Origin: a bacterium
GTDB taxonomy: Bacteria; Patescibacteriota; Minisyncoccia; Phycocordibacterales; UBA9973
Length of the DNA stretch: 64,000 bases
Direction: 5' to 3'
NCBI GenBank assembly: GCA_027484965.1
Contig: JAIXRY010000006.1
Coordinates: 65,738 to 129,737, forward strand
Within the stretch, counting starts at the first letter, position 1; each line of letters begins with the position of its first letter. The position numbers and the translations under genes were made by a program. Of this stretch, positions 38,087 to 46,983 are shown piece after piece. The notes under the pieces were generated by a model. That model had not been told where the DNA came from, did not search any database, and saw only the letters and a list, made by a program, of their open reading frames with translations.

Positions 38087-39997
38087 TTATTTCTCGGCAC
38101 CTCCAGTACTTTCGTTAGAATCGGTACTTTCGGCATCTCTTACTTCTTCTGCTTGAGGCTCAGTTGCTGTTTCTTGTGGTTGCGCTTCTGATTGATTTTT
38201 CATCATTGCTTCACCAATTTTAGACATTTCTGTTGAGAGTTCTTCGAGAGCTTTTTTGATAGCTTCTACATCAGTTCCTTCCTTCACACTTTTCACTGTA
38301 GCAATTTTTTCTTCTACACCTTTTTTGATATCATCTCCTATCTTTCCTTCTGCGTCTTTGAGAGATTTTTCAGCTGAGTAAATAGTCATTTCACATGTAT
38401 TCTTCACATCAACCAAGTCTTTCTTCTTAGCATCTTCGTCGGCATGAGCTGCGGCTTCATCTTGCATACGCTTGATATCTGCATCTGTGAGACCTGATGA
38501 GGCTTCGATACGGATTGATTGTTCTTTTCCACTAGTCTTTTCTTTTGCTTTTACATTCAATATTCCGTTTGCATCAACATCAAAAGTAACTTCAACTTGT
38601 GGCATACCGCGTGGTGCAGGTGGAATTCCTTCGAGGACAAATCTTCCAAGAGATTTGTTATCACTCGCCATTGGACGTTCACCTTGAGTAATGTGGATTT
38701 CTACACTTGTCTGATTATCGGCAGCTGTTGAGAATACTTGAGATTTTGATGAAGGAATAGTTGTATTTCTTTCTATCAATTTTGTTGATACACCACCTAG
38801 AGTTTCGATACCAAGAGAGAGTGGAATAACATCAAGAAGAAGCACATCCTTAACGTCACCTTGGAGAACACCTGCTTGTACAGCAGCACCGAGAGCTACA
38901 ACTTCATCTGGATTGATAGAACGATTTGGTTCTTTTCCATTAAAGAGTTTCTTTACAGCTTCTACGATTGCAGGCATACGAGTCTGACCTCCCACCATGA
39001 TGATTTCATTGATTTCACTCATTTGGAAAGGTGAAGCTTCCATAGCACGCTTAGTGATCTCGATAGAGCGAGTAATATATTCTTCGGCAAGAGAGTCGAG
39101 AGTTGCACGAGTCATTTTCTCTACCAAGTGTTCTGGACCATTAGCACCTGAAGTGATGAATGGAATATTGATTTCTGTTTCTGGAGTTGTAGAGAGTTCA
39201 ATCTTTGCTTTTTCAGCTGCTTCATCGAGACGTTGTAAAGCGAGAGGGTCTTTTGAAATATCAATACCTGTTTTCTTTTTGAATTCATTTACGAGCCAGT
39301 TGATAATCTTTTGGTCGATATCACGTCCTCCCATGTGTGAGTCTCCATCTGTAGACTTCACTTCAATAACATCATCAGATACTTCGAGCACTGACACGTC
39401 GAATGTCCCACCTCCAAAGTCATACACGACGATCTTTTCATTTTTCTTTGTATTAAATCCGTATGCGAGAGCTGCTGCTGTTGGTTCGTTGATGATACGC
39501 TTCACATCAAGTCCTGCGATCGCTCCAGCATCCTTTGTTGCTTTTCTTTGAGCGTCGTTGAAATATGCAGGTACAGTAATGATTGCTTCTGTAACTTTTT
39601 CACCAATCTTCGCTTCTACATCAGCTTTGATCTTCGCGAGAATCATTGCAGAAATTTCTTCTGGACGATTCCATTTGTCTCCAATGTTTACTTCTACACC
39701 ACCATCAGTTCCTTTTTGGATTTTGAATGGTGCTGTTTGTTGTGTTTTTTGGATTTCCGCATCTTCAAAACGGTGACCCATAAAGCGCTTGATACCATAG
39801 ATTGTATTTTGAGGATTTGTCACTGCTTGGCGCTTCGCGAGAAGTCCAGCAAGACGATCACCGTTTTTTGCAACAGCAACAACAGAAGGTGTTGTACGTG
39901 ACCCTTCTATGTTTTCAATTATCTTTGGTTGTCCACCTTCGATAATCGCTACCGCACTATTTGTTGTTCCTAAGTCTATTCCGATTATTTTTGACAT
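38087..39997 (-). CDS. dnaK: chaperone DnaK (Hsp70)
   Basis: [18 protein letters not shown] and other Hsp70 signatures along the full length. Confidence 0.95.
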   Translation of the reverse strand: MSKIIGIDLGTTNSAVAIIEGGQPKIIENIEGSRTTPSVVAVAKNGDRLAGLLAKRQAVTNPQNTIYGIKRFMGHRFEDAEIQKTQQTAPFKIQKGTDGGVEVNIGDKWNRPEEISAMILAKIKADVEAKIGEKVTEAIITVPAYFNDAQRKATKDAGAIAGLDVKRIINEPTAAALAYGFNTKKNEKIVVYDFGGGTFDVSVLEVSDDVIEVKSTDGDSHMGGRDIDQKIINWLVNEFKKKTGIDISKDPLALQRLDEAAEKAKIELSTTPETEINIPFITSGANGPEHLVEKMTRATLDSLAEEYITRSIEITKRAMEASPFQMSEINEIIMVGGQTRMPAIVEAVKKLFNGKEPNRSINPDEVVALGAAVQAGVLQGDVKDVLLLDVIPLSLGIETLGGVSTKLIERNTTIPSSKSQVFSTAADNQTSVEIHITQGERPMASDNKSLGRFVLEGIPPAPRGMPQVEVTFDVDANGILNVKAKEKTSGKEQSIRIEASSGLTDADIKRMQDEAAAHADEDAKKKDLVDVKNTCEMTIYSAEKSLKDAEGKIGDDIKKGVEEKIATVKSVKEGTDVEAIKKALEELSTEMSKIGEAMMKNQSEAQPQETATEPQAEEVRDAESTDSNESTGGAEK

Positions 39998-40011
39998 ATA
40001 TTGTATTAGGT

Positions 40012-40037
40012 TCTAGTGACTAGTTTCTAGTGACTAG
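40012..40037. repeat. tandem direct repeat TCTAGTGACTAG-TT-TCTAGTGACTAG in the dnaK 5' leader (minus-strand sense CTAGTCACTAGAA x2)
   Basis: Two exact 12-nt copies 2 nt apart, ending 17 nt before the dnaK ATG. Confidence 0.6.
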
Positions 40038-40053
40038 AAAATTAAATTAATAA

Positions 40054-40479
40054 TTATTTTTCTAATTCTTTTAAGAAAAATGGTATATCTTCTATCAGCA
40101 TTTCTTTTGAATACCACATTTCATCATCTGTATAAAAAATTTCTGAGTTACATATATCAATCAAAGCTATTGATATTATTCCAACACAAGCACCGGCTGC
40201 ATAATCAGCACCCCAAACAAAAGAAACTCCGCAATCAAAATCTTTAGACTTGTCTTTTAGTTCAGGAAAATCACTCAATAAATCATCAATATTATTAAGA
40301 TAAATTTCAAGACTAGTCTTTACTCCATTTATTTCACAAGATATTTCATCTAGACCGTCAAAGTTTTTAAAATCTTCTAGAAATTTAAAGTTAAAACCTA
40401 ATTTTTCAATTGCTTTTTCTAATGTTTCTTTGTTAGGAAGTTCTGATTTTTTAATTAGCGCTATTTGAGTCATTGACAT
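40054..40479 (-). CDS. hypothetical protein (141 aa)
   Basis: ORF, acidic, no motif. Confidence 0.5.
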   Translation of the reverse strand: MSMTQIALIKKSELPNKETLEKAIEKLGFNFKFLEDFKNFDGLDEISCEINGVKTSLEIYLNNIDDLLSDFPELKDKSKDFDCGVSFVWGADYAAGACVGIISIALIDICNSEIFYTDDEMWYSKEMLIEDIPFFLKELEK

Positions 40480-40563
40480 AAATTTATATATAATTAATTA
40501 ATAAATTTTTAATTGTTAATTTTGTAATTTTTAAATAATACTCTAATTTTTTAATAATCTTAT

Positions 40564-41025
40564 CTAACTATCCTCTAAAGGAATACCTAACTCTTGTCTT
40601 ACTGCTGGAAGTAAAAAATAACTATTATCTGTGTATGTTTTCCTTATTCCTTCTTTAGTCGAAGTTTTTTCAACAAAAGGAATTATAAAATCTGAAAACA
40701 TTTTTTGCAATAATTCTCTTCTCTTTAAATCAGTAAACGAATTTTCAAGATTTAGTGCCTCATCGTATTCTTTTGGAGTCTGTCTAAAAATTACAGCTCC
40801 TCCAGATCCAAATTTTAAATCTTTACTTTTTTTAAAATTTTTACCCCAAACACCTTGAATGTAAATATTTATATTTACATAATATAAAGCTGAGAAATTT
40901 GAGCGTTGAAGATCTATAGAAACAAGACTTTCATTTTGTTCTTTAAACCACATATTAAAAGCTTTTTCAAAACCATTACTTTGAGCAATTTCATCGAATA
41001 AATTTTTAAATACATTTTTATCCAT
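40564..41025 (-). CDS. hypothetical protein (153 aa)
   Basis: ORF. Divergent from the PaaX-like regulator gene. Confidence 0.5.
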   Translation of the reverse strand: MDKNVFKNLFDEIAQSNGFEKAFNMWFKEQNESLVSIDLQRSNFSALYYVNINIYIQGVWGKNFKKSKDLKFGSGGAVIFRQTPKEYDEALNLENSFTDLKRRELLQKMFSDFIIPFVEKTSTKEGIRKTYTDNSYFLLPAVRQELGIPLEDS

Positions 41026-41063
41026 GGGTTTTATTATATATCTATACTTTCTTTTTTACAAGT

Positions 41064-41081
41064 ATTTAGCGACCGCTAAAT
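41064..41081. promoter_or_regulatory. perfect palindrome ATTTAGCG-AC-CGCTAAAT in a divergent promoter region
   Basis: 8-bp arms, between the 153-aa gene and the PaaX-like regulator gene. Confidence 0.4.
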
Positions 41082-41120
41082 ATGTGTTGATATTATATTC
41101 AATTATGATATACTGTCAAT

Positions 41121-41684
41121 ATGTTAAAAAAGCCCCATATTACAAAAGAAATCTTAAAATCTCTTGAAAATAAAAGGGCTTACACTCTTAATTCTATAAA
41201 AGATGACGTTGTAGATAAAATTAAAGCAACAAAAAACCCTAGTCCTACAGAGGGACAAACAAAGTCATACGCTGTAACTAGAGCACTCAAAAATATGGCT
41301 GAAAATGGCCTTATAGAGACACTTCACTCAGACAATGACACTTATCTAAGAATTACAAAAGAAGGTCGTCAGAAGCTAGTTTCTCTCAAATTAGACGAAG
41401 ATACAGTCATAGTTCCATCTACTTGGGATGGTCAATGGAGAATGATTCTTATAGATATTCCAGAATCAAGAAAGAATGAACGTGAGAGTCTTCGTTACCT
41501 CTTAAAGAAAGCCGGATTCGTCTGTCTAAAAAATTCCGCTTGGATATCCCCTTTTCCACTCGAGCACTTATTTATGAATATTAAAAAAGATTTAGGTCTT
41601 GAGACAGAAATGATTATTATCACCACAAATAGTATTGATGAAATAACAGAAAAAGAATTAAAGAAAATATTTCAGATAAAATAA
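41121..41684 (+). CDS. PaaX-family-like regulator (N-terminal winged helix plus Cas2-like-fold C-terminal domain)
   Basis: WDGQWRMILIDIPESRKNERESLRYLLKKAGFVCLKNSAWISP matches the PaaX C-terminal domain pattern W.G.W...YDIPE...R..LR..L...GF..LQ.SVW.SP. Confidence 0.55.
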   Translation: MLKKPHITKEILKSLENKRAYTLNSIKDDVVDKIKATKNPSPTEGQTKSYAVTRALKNMAENGLIETLHSDNDTYLRITKEGRQKLVSLKLDEDTVIVPSTWDGQWRMILIDIPESRKNERESLRYLLKKAGFVCLKNSAWISPFPLEHLFMNIKKDLGLETEMIIITTNSIDEITEKELKKIFQIK

Positions 41685-41708
41685 TAAAATCCCCATACGG
41701 GGATTTTA

Positions 41709-42299
41709 TTATTTCAAACTATAAACCTTCACTCTTGCGGGGCGGATTACACGGTCATTCATTTTGTATCCAGAACCAACTATTTCTGCAATAGTATGAT
41801 CTTGTGATTCATTATCAGTTTCAATAGTTTCTACAGATTCATGGAGATTTGGGTCAAAAGGAATACTAACTTGATCAATCTTAGAAACACCATATCCATC
41901 TAAAGTGCGAGTGAATTGTTGTTGAATATATTCTACACCTGCACGCCAATTCGCATCTACTTTTTCCCAAGCAGATTTGTTTGCAAAAGCCATATCAAAA
42001 GCATCGAGCGTTGGGAGAAGGTCTTCTACGAGAGAAATAGTGACATAATTCTTTAAATCTTTTCTTTTTGCTTCCTCGTCCTTTTGAAGGTTCACATAGT
42101 CGGCTTTCATACGTTGCCACCCTACGAGATATTCATCACGTTCTTTGCGAAGAGTCTTGTTCTCTTCGCGGAGTTTTTTTACTACGTCTTTTTGAGGAAG
42201 AGCATTTCCCTCTTCGTCACTTTCGACAAATTGAAAGTCTGACTCAATAGAATCATCAAAAGAGTCTTCATTTTTTATTTCTTCTTCATCTTGCATCAC
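41709..42299 (-). CDS. grpE: nucleotide exchange factor GrpE
   Basis: Acidic N-terminus, coiled coil, C-terminal GYKMNDRVIRPARVKV beta-domain signature. Confidence 0.85.
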   Translation of the reverse strand: MMQDEEEIKNEDSFDDSIESDFQFVESDEEGNALPQKDVVKKLREENKTLRKERDEYLVGWQRMKADYVNLQKDEEAKRKDLKNYVTISLVEDLLPTLDAFDMAFANKSAWEKVDANWRAGVEYIQQQFTRTLDGYGVSKIDQVSIPFDPNLHESVETIETDNESQDHTIAEIVGSGYKMNDRVIRPARVKVYSLK

Positions 42300-42433
42300 A
42301 GTAGTAAATTTATATTTTTTTAATAATTAGACCTATATTTTATAAGACCGAACACGTATATTTCTTATTGTTACTTATAATCAATAAATTACTACGTGAC
42401 AGGTATGCTTGTATTATAAAGAAAAAGTTATTT

Positions 42434-42468
42434 TAAGCAAATTAAAAAGCGTCCAAAATGGACGCTTT
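42434..42468. repeat. 35-bp direct repeat copy 1 (TAAGCAAATTAAAAAGCGTCCAAAATGGACGCTTT), contains a terminator hairpin
   Basis: Identical to 43577-43611. The two copies flank the gene 42481..43479. Confidence 0.8.
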
Positions 42469-42480
42469 AAAAGAACTTTA

Positions 42481-43479
42481 CTAAAAGACAGAAAGATTTT
42501 GATCTGATTGGAATAAAAGTCTAGACTCAGGATTTTGATTCCAGACACGAACTACTGTTTTTACTAAATAACGAATCTGTGGCAAAGTACCGTTCATACT
42601 AAGTACATACATACTATTTGATTCGGGACGAAGTTGAAATGTAATATCGCTATTAGGAGTATCTAGTGTGACTCTTTGATAACCACACATCTCAAAACAC
42701 ATAACTTTGATTGAACTAAATTCACCTGACATACCACGAAACTTATTTTGATCAAACAATTCCTTCATACCGTTAAAATAAACTTCATCCTGAAAGAATT
42801 GACACAATTCATCTAGTCTTCCACCAATAGTAATAAATTCACTATCTTTACGTATAATAGCTCTTGTAAAAATACGTTGATTGAGATAAAGATTCTCAAC
42901 AAGATGTGAGCTGTGGTCAAGTTTTTCAAAGCCCTCTTCAGGTTCAGAGTAAATAGTAATTTGCATTGAGCGCTCAAGGAAAGCACCAAATCTACAATTG
43001 GGACCTTGATCATCATTTCCCATGTCTTTGTGATATGAACAAACTTTAATCCAAACTAACCATTTTGTCTCATTCCATAACGGATCCGATAACCAACCTT
43101 TTTCATTCTCTGTTTTCCAAAAAATTCTTTTTGAAAAAATTTCATGGTCTTTTTTGTTAGCTTCCCGTTCATTACGTGGCCACGGAACACTGTTAATACT
43201 TTTCCCTTCGCTATTAATAGCAAAAAGATACTCACCTTGCCGCATGACTTGGCCTTTATGAGGACCATCATAAAAAAAGTGAAGTGAATTCTCTCCGAGT
43301 CCAGAATTATCAGCTTGGCGAAACATAAGCGTCTTATCCGCTTTTTCAACCTTAATAGTAAGGTTTGTAAGTGTTAAACCATCATTTCCGTCAAATGGTT
43401 CAAGTCGAGCATTCATAAGCTCGGTAATAAAGGGATATTGTTTAATTAATCCCTTGTTTTTTGGTGATTGTACATTCAT
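42481..43479 (-). CDS. hypothetical protein (332 aa)
   Basis: Intact ORF bracketed by identical 35-bp direct repeats. No motif recognised. Confidence 0.55.
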   Translation of the reverse strand: MNVQSPKNKGLIKQYPFITELMNARLEPFDGNDGLTLTNLTIKVEKADKTLMFRQADNSGLGENSLHFFYDGPHKGQVMRQGEYLFAINSEGKSINSVPWPRNEREANKKDHEIFSKRIFWKTENEKGWLSDPLWNETKWLVWIKVCSYHKDMGNDDQGPNCRFGAFLERSMQITIYSEPEEGFEKLDHSSHLVENLYLNQRIFTRAIIRKDSEFITIGGRLDELCQFFQDEVYFNGMKELFDQNKFRGMSGEFSSIKVMCFEMCGYQRVTLDTPNSDITFQLRPESNSMYVLSMNGTLPQIRYLVKTVVRVWNQNPESRLLFQSDQNLSVF

Positions 43480-43576
43480 TTTTTTATCTCCTATTTTCTA
43501 TAGTTTTTAAAGAACTAGTATTCCACTAGTCTGTTCTGAAGTATTTTTATCATAAAAAATTAATAGTGTCAATATA

Positions 43577-43611
43577 TAAGCAAATTAAAAAGCGTCCAAA
43601 ATGGACGCTTT
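43577..43611. repeat. 35-bp direct repeat copy 2
   Basis: Identical to 42434-42468. Confidence 0.8.
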
Positions 43612-43967
43612 TTGAAAAAAATAACCTTACCACCAATGAATAAAACACTCTTGGTCCAGAGCTTCGGTATCAGACTACACACTGCCTGAATTTTAATATG
43701 TAGTACAAAGCACATCATATTATTGTGTCAACCTTAGCTTCTGGTCTGGGATTTCTCCTTTTTGTTAGCCTAAATCAATATCTAAAAAGATAGAGGGTGC
43801 GATGAGTTTTTCACACTCCTTTCAAAAGTAAAAACTAGCAAGTTTTTTAAAGGTAGAAACCCTTTACTTAAGAAGATTTGTTTATGCATAAAACAATACT
43901 GCTAACTTTCAGGTTATAAAAATGAGCTATGTCCATCTAAAAAAAGTATATATCCTTTAAAATTAGA

Positions 43968-43999
43968 AGTCAACAAAAAACTTCCCATTTTGGGAAGTT
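43968..43999. terminator. hairpin AACTTCCCATTTTGGGAAGTT flanked by A-run and T-run
   Basis: Perfect 9-bp stem. Lies next to a degenerate copy of the rpsI 3' end. Confidence 0.5.
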
Positions 44000-44021
44000 T
44001 TTATTTTTAACGTTTTGACCA
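43997..44021. repeat. degenerate duplicate of the rpsI 3' end (TTAACGTTTTGACCA + 5/10 matches)
   Basis: Identical 15-mer to 44193-44207. The minus-strand reading gives ...RRCPHWSKR* versus the genuine ...RKAPQWSKR*. Confidence 0.6.
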
Positions 44022-44157
44022 ATGAGGGCACCTCCGGCTTTTTGGAAACCTTACAGATTCAGTACACCTTTTGGATATTTTATTTCTCGTTATTCATAAA
44101 ATATCTCAAAAGGTCTTGCGTTTTGGGTCCCTTCCCTAAACTCACCCACGTTTTCCA

Positions 44158-44186
44158 AATAAAAACACTCTCGATCGAGAGTGTTT
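44158..44186. terminator. rpsI terminator hairpin ACACTCTCGATCGAGAGTGT
   Basis: Perfect 8-bp stem flanked by A5 and T5, 10 nt after the rpsI stop. Confidence 0.6.
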
Positions 44187-44192
44187 TTATAA

Positions 44193-44615
44193 TTAACGTT
44201 TTGACCATTGTGGAGCTTTACGAGCTTTTTTGAGTCCGAATTTACGGCGTTCTTTTGTACGTGGATCACGTTTCAAGAATCCGATTTTCTTAAGTGGTGC
44301 ACGAAGTTCAGAATCTATAAGAGTAAGTGCACGAGTAATACCGTGACGAACAGCTTCTGCTTGAGAGTGGATACCACCTCCTTGTACTTGAACAGTAACA
44401 GTGAATGTATCTTCAATCTTACTTTCTGTAAAAGGGTCCATAAGGATTTTGAACAAACCTTTTGTCATGAAGTATTCTGCACCTGGCTTTCCGTTTACAG
44501 TGAATTCCATTGTCTTACTTGGAACCATTTTTACAGTAGCACTTGCTGTCTTACGACGGCCAACAGTACGAAAATATTCTTTTGTTGTTTTCTTTGTTGT
44601 TTCCATATTATTCAA
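44193..44615 (-). CDS. rpsI: 30S ribosomal protein S9
   Basis: C-terminal GGGIHSQAEAVRHGITRAL...KRDPRTKERRKFGLKKARKAPQWSKR. Confidence 0.9.
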   Translation of the reverse strand: MNNMETTKKTTKEYFRTVGRRKTASATVKMVPSKTMEFTVNGKPGAEYFMTKGLFKILMDPFTESKIEDTFTVTVQVQGGGIHSQAEAVRHGITRALTLIDSELRAPLKKIGFLKRDPRTKERRKFGLKKARKAPQWSKR

Positions 44616-44949
44616 TAATTAAATTTTTCATACGTTTTGCACGTAGTTTGTTAGCTGGGAGCATTCCGTATACAGCAAGTTTGAAAATTTCTGCATGACC
44701 CTTTTTAGCGATCACTTGTTCAATACTTTCCATTTTCAATCCACCTGGATGACCTGAGTATCTTTCGTGCATAACAGTCTTTGCTTTTTTAGGAAGAATA
44801 CGAACATCTTTACTATTTATGATAGTAACAGTGTCTTCTAGAACAGCGTTCTTTGCAAATTCGGCTGAGTGCTTTCCCATAAGGATAGTCGCTACTTGAG
44901 TAGCTACACGTCCGATTGCTTTTCCTTTTGCGTCAATAATGTGATTCAT
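44608..44949 (-). CDS. rplM: 50S ribosomal protein L13 (short)
   Basis: MNHIIDAKGKAIGRVATQVA...HSGHPGG L13 pattern. Overlaps rpsI by 8 nt. Confidence 0.85.
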   Translation of the reverse strand: MNHIIDAKGKAIGRVATQVATILMGKHSAEFAKNAVLEDTVTIINSKDVRILPKKAKTVMHERYSGHPGGLKMESIEQVIAKKGHAEIFKLAVYGMLPANKLRAKRMKNLIIE

Positions 44950-44966
44950 ATAATATAATTTAAAAA

Positions 44967-45323
44967 CTATGCAACTAGTTCGATTATTGCCATAAGACTT
45001 CCGTCACTTGTACGACGAGGAAGCTTGTAGATACGAGTGTATCCTCCGTTGCGATTTGCAAAAGCTGGTCCAATTTCTTCGAAAAGCTTCTTTGTAACAA
45101 GTTCGTTGTTGTAAAGCGCAGAAAGCACCAAACGACGATTTTGAAGTGTGTCGACCTTTGAACGTGTGATTATCTTCTCAACCATAGGGCGAAGCTCTTT
45201 TGCTTTTGCGTCTGTAGTTGTGATACGTCCATGAGTAACGAATGAAATAACGAGACCTCTCATAAGAGCAGTTCTAGCGTTTTTTGTTCGTCCAAATTTT
45301 CTTACAGAATTATGATGTCTCAT
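44967..45323 (-). CDS. rplQ: 50S ribosomal protein L17
   Basis: MRHHNSVRKFGRTKNARTALMRGL L17 N-terminus. Confidence 0.9.
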   Translation of the reverse strand: MRHHNSVRKFGRTKNARTALMRGLVISFVTHGRITTTDAKAKELRPMVEKIITRSKVDTLQNRRLVLSALYNNELVTKKLFEEIGPAFANRNGGYTRIYKLPRRTSDGSLMAIIELVA

Positions 45324-45333
45324 AGTAATAATT

Positions 45334-45356
45334 TAGTGATTAGTAGTAGTGATTAG
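45334..45356. repeat. tandem direct repeat TAGTGATTAG-TAG-TAGTGATTAG in the rpoA-rplQ spacer (minus-strand sense CTAATCACTA x2)
   Basis: Two exact 10-nt copies. Related to the dnaK leader repeat by one transition. Confidence 0.6.
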
Positions 45357-45360
45357 CGGA

Positions 45361-46341
45361 TTATTTTAGAGTAATTCCAAAATTTGCTAATACTTTTTTG
45401 ATTTCTTGAATTCCCTTTTCACCCATTCCTTCTATTTCTAGTAGGTCGTCTGAGTGCTTACGAGCAATACCTCCGAGTGTACGGATATTTGCTGATGTAA
45501 GTGAATTAAGAGTTCTTGTTGAAAGACCGATTGAATCAATACGAGTCTTCATTATGTCTGCCATTTCAAGACTTTCTTTTTCATCTACTTTTTCAGTAGC
45601 TTCGTCTTCTTCTACAAGCATAGGAGCTTCTTCTTTTGCTTCTACTACTTGTTTGAATTCAACAATAGATTCGAGTTGGCGGATCATTGTAATAATAGAA
45701 CTTTCAAGTGCTTCACGTGGTGTGATAGTTCCATCTGTTTCTATAATAATTCTTAAACGGTTGTAGTTGGTATTATCATCTACACGCATATTCTCAACTT
45801 CGTAGCTCACGCGACGAATAGGAGTGAATGATGCATCTAGGATAATAGTCCCAATATCAACCTTTGTTTTTTGGTGTTGTTCTGAAGGAACGAAACCAAG
45901 ACCTTTTTCAATTGTCATTTCAATTGAAAGAGATGTATTTTTATCAGTAATTTCTGCAATATGTTGATCTGGAGTTGAAATACTTACTTGACCAGAAACC
46001 TTGATATCTTTTGCTGTAACTTGCTTTGGTCCTTTTACAGAAAGTGTTACGATTTGAGGTTCGTCAGTGTGTAGTTGAAAACGAACTTGACGAAGATTCA
46101 AAATTATATTTATAACATCTTCACGTACACCATCGATAACAGAAAATTCATGACTTACGCCATCAATTTTAACTGAAGTAATAGCAGCACCAGGAAGTGA
46201 TGAAAGAATGATACGACGGAGACTGTTTCCTAGAGTGTGACCGTATCCAGGGTAAAGACCATCGATTTCGTAAGTACCGCGATTACCTTCTTCATTAACG
46301 ATACGAGGCTTTGATGGAAGTTTTATAGTGTGATCTAACAT
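45361..46341 (-). CDS. rpoA: DNA-directed RNA polymerase alpha subunit
   Basis: N-terminal dimerisation domain and C-terminal HhH domain (TRTLNSLTSANIRTLGGI). Confidence 0.9.
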   Translation of the reverse strand: MLDHTIKLPSKPRIVNEEGNRGTYEIDGLYPGYGHTLGNSLRRIILSSLPGAAITSVKIDGVSHEFSVIDGVREDVINIILNLRQVRFQLHTDEPQIVTLSVKGPKQVTAKDIKVSGQVSISTPDQHIAEITDKNTSLSIEMTIEKGLGFVPSEQHQKTKVDIGTIILDASFTPIRRVSYEVENMRVDDNTNYNRLRIIIETDGTITPREALESSIITMIRQLESIVEFKQVVEAKEEAPMLVEEDEATEKVDEKESLEMADIMKTRIDSIGLSTRTLNSLTSANIRTLGGIARKHSDDLLEIEGMGEKGIQEIKKVLANFGITLK

Positions 46342-46371
46342 ATGGACGCAAAATATGATTAGTATTAATAA

Positions 46372-46968
46372 TTAACGACTGTAGAACTCTATCACTGTGT
46401 TCAAATTCAGATACCCTTCAGTATTTTTCGGTGCGCCCTGTACAGAAGCAACAAGTGTGTTTGAATCAAGCTTCAGCCAATTTGGAACAGTGTATGTCTT
46501 AAGACGTTTGTCAATTTCAGTAAAAAGTGGACTCTTTTTACTTTCTTCACGCGGTGTTATAACATCGCCAACACCAACTAAGTGTGAAGCGACTTTTAGG
46601 CGCTTACCATTTACGATGATGTGACCATGAGCCACGATTTGACGTGCGAGAGCACGTGTATGAGCAATACCGAGACGGTATACTACATTGTCGAGACGAC
46701 TTTCGAGAAGTTCGAAAAGTTTGTCTGCTGGTGAAAGTCCACGAGATTCCATAGCTACGCGAACGTAGTTACGCATTTGACGTTCACTAACACCATAAGA
46801 AAAACGAACTTTTTGTTTTTCAATAAGTTGAGTTCCGAAGTCAGAAAGTTGTTTTGGACGCTTATCGTTCTTTCTTTTTGCTTGAGAAATAACAAACTTT
46901 TGAGTTTGACATTTTTCATATACTCCAGGACCGAGACGGCGACAAATTTTATATTTTGATGTAGTCAT
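46372..46968 (-). CDS. rpsD: 30S ribosomal protein S4
   Basis: S4 N-terminal and S4 RNA-binding domain pattern. Confidence 0.9.
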   Translation of the reverse strand: MTTSKYKICRRLGPGVYEKCQTQKFVISQAKRKNDKRPKQLSDFGTQLIEKQKVRFSYGVSERQMRNYVRVAMESRGLSPADKLFELLESRLDNVVYRLGIAHTRALARQIVAHGHIIVNGKRLKVASHLVGVGDVITPREESKKSPLFTEIDKRLKTYTVPNWLKLDSNTLVASVQGAPKNTEGYLNLNTVIEFYSR

Positions 46969-46983
46969 AAATGTTATTAAAAA

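Noticed and set aside
38472-39901. Plus-strand ORFs of up to 184 aa inside dnaK
   Set aside because: They are antisense to dnaK. They are Ser/Phe-rich with no domain signal.
41121-41684. Cas2-like fold protein as evidence for a CRISPR-Cas locus
   Set aside because: There is no repeat-spacer array, cas1 or other cas gene anywhere in the window. The architecture (winged helix plus PaaX C-terminal domain) fits a transcription regulator.
43617-43960. tmRNA, RNase P RNA or SRP RNA in the ORF-free tract
   Set aside because: None of the hallmark sequences is visible on either strand (tag-peptide ORF ending in AA-stop, T-arm GGTTCGA..CCA, P4 AGGAAAGUCCGGGC, or the SRP domain IV motif). It stays a generic candidate only.
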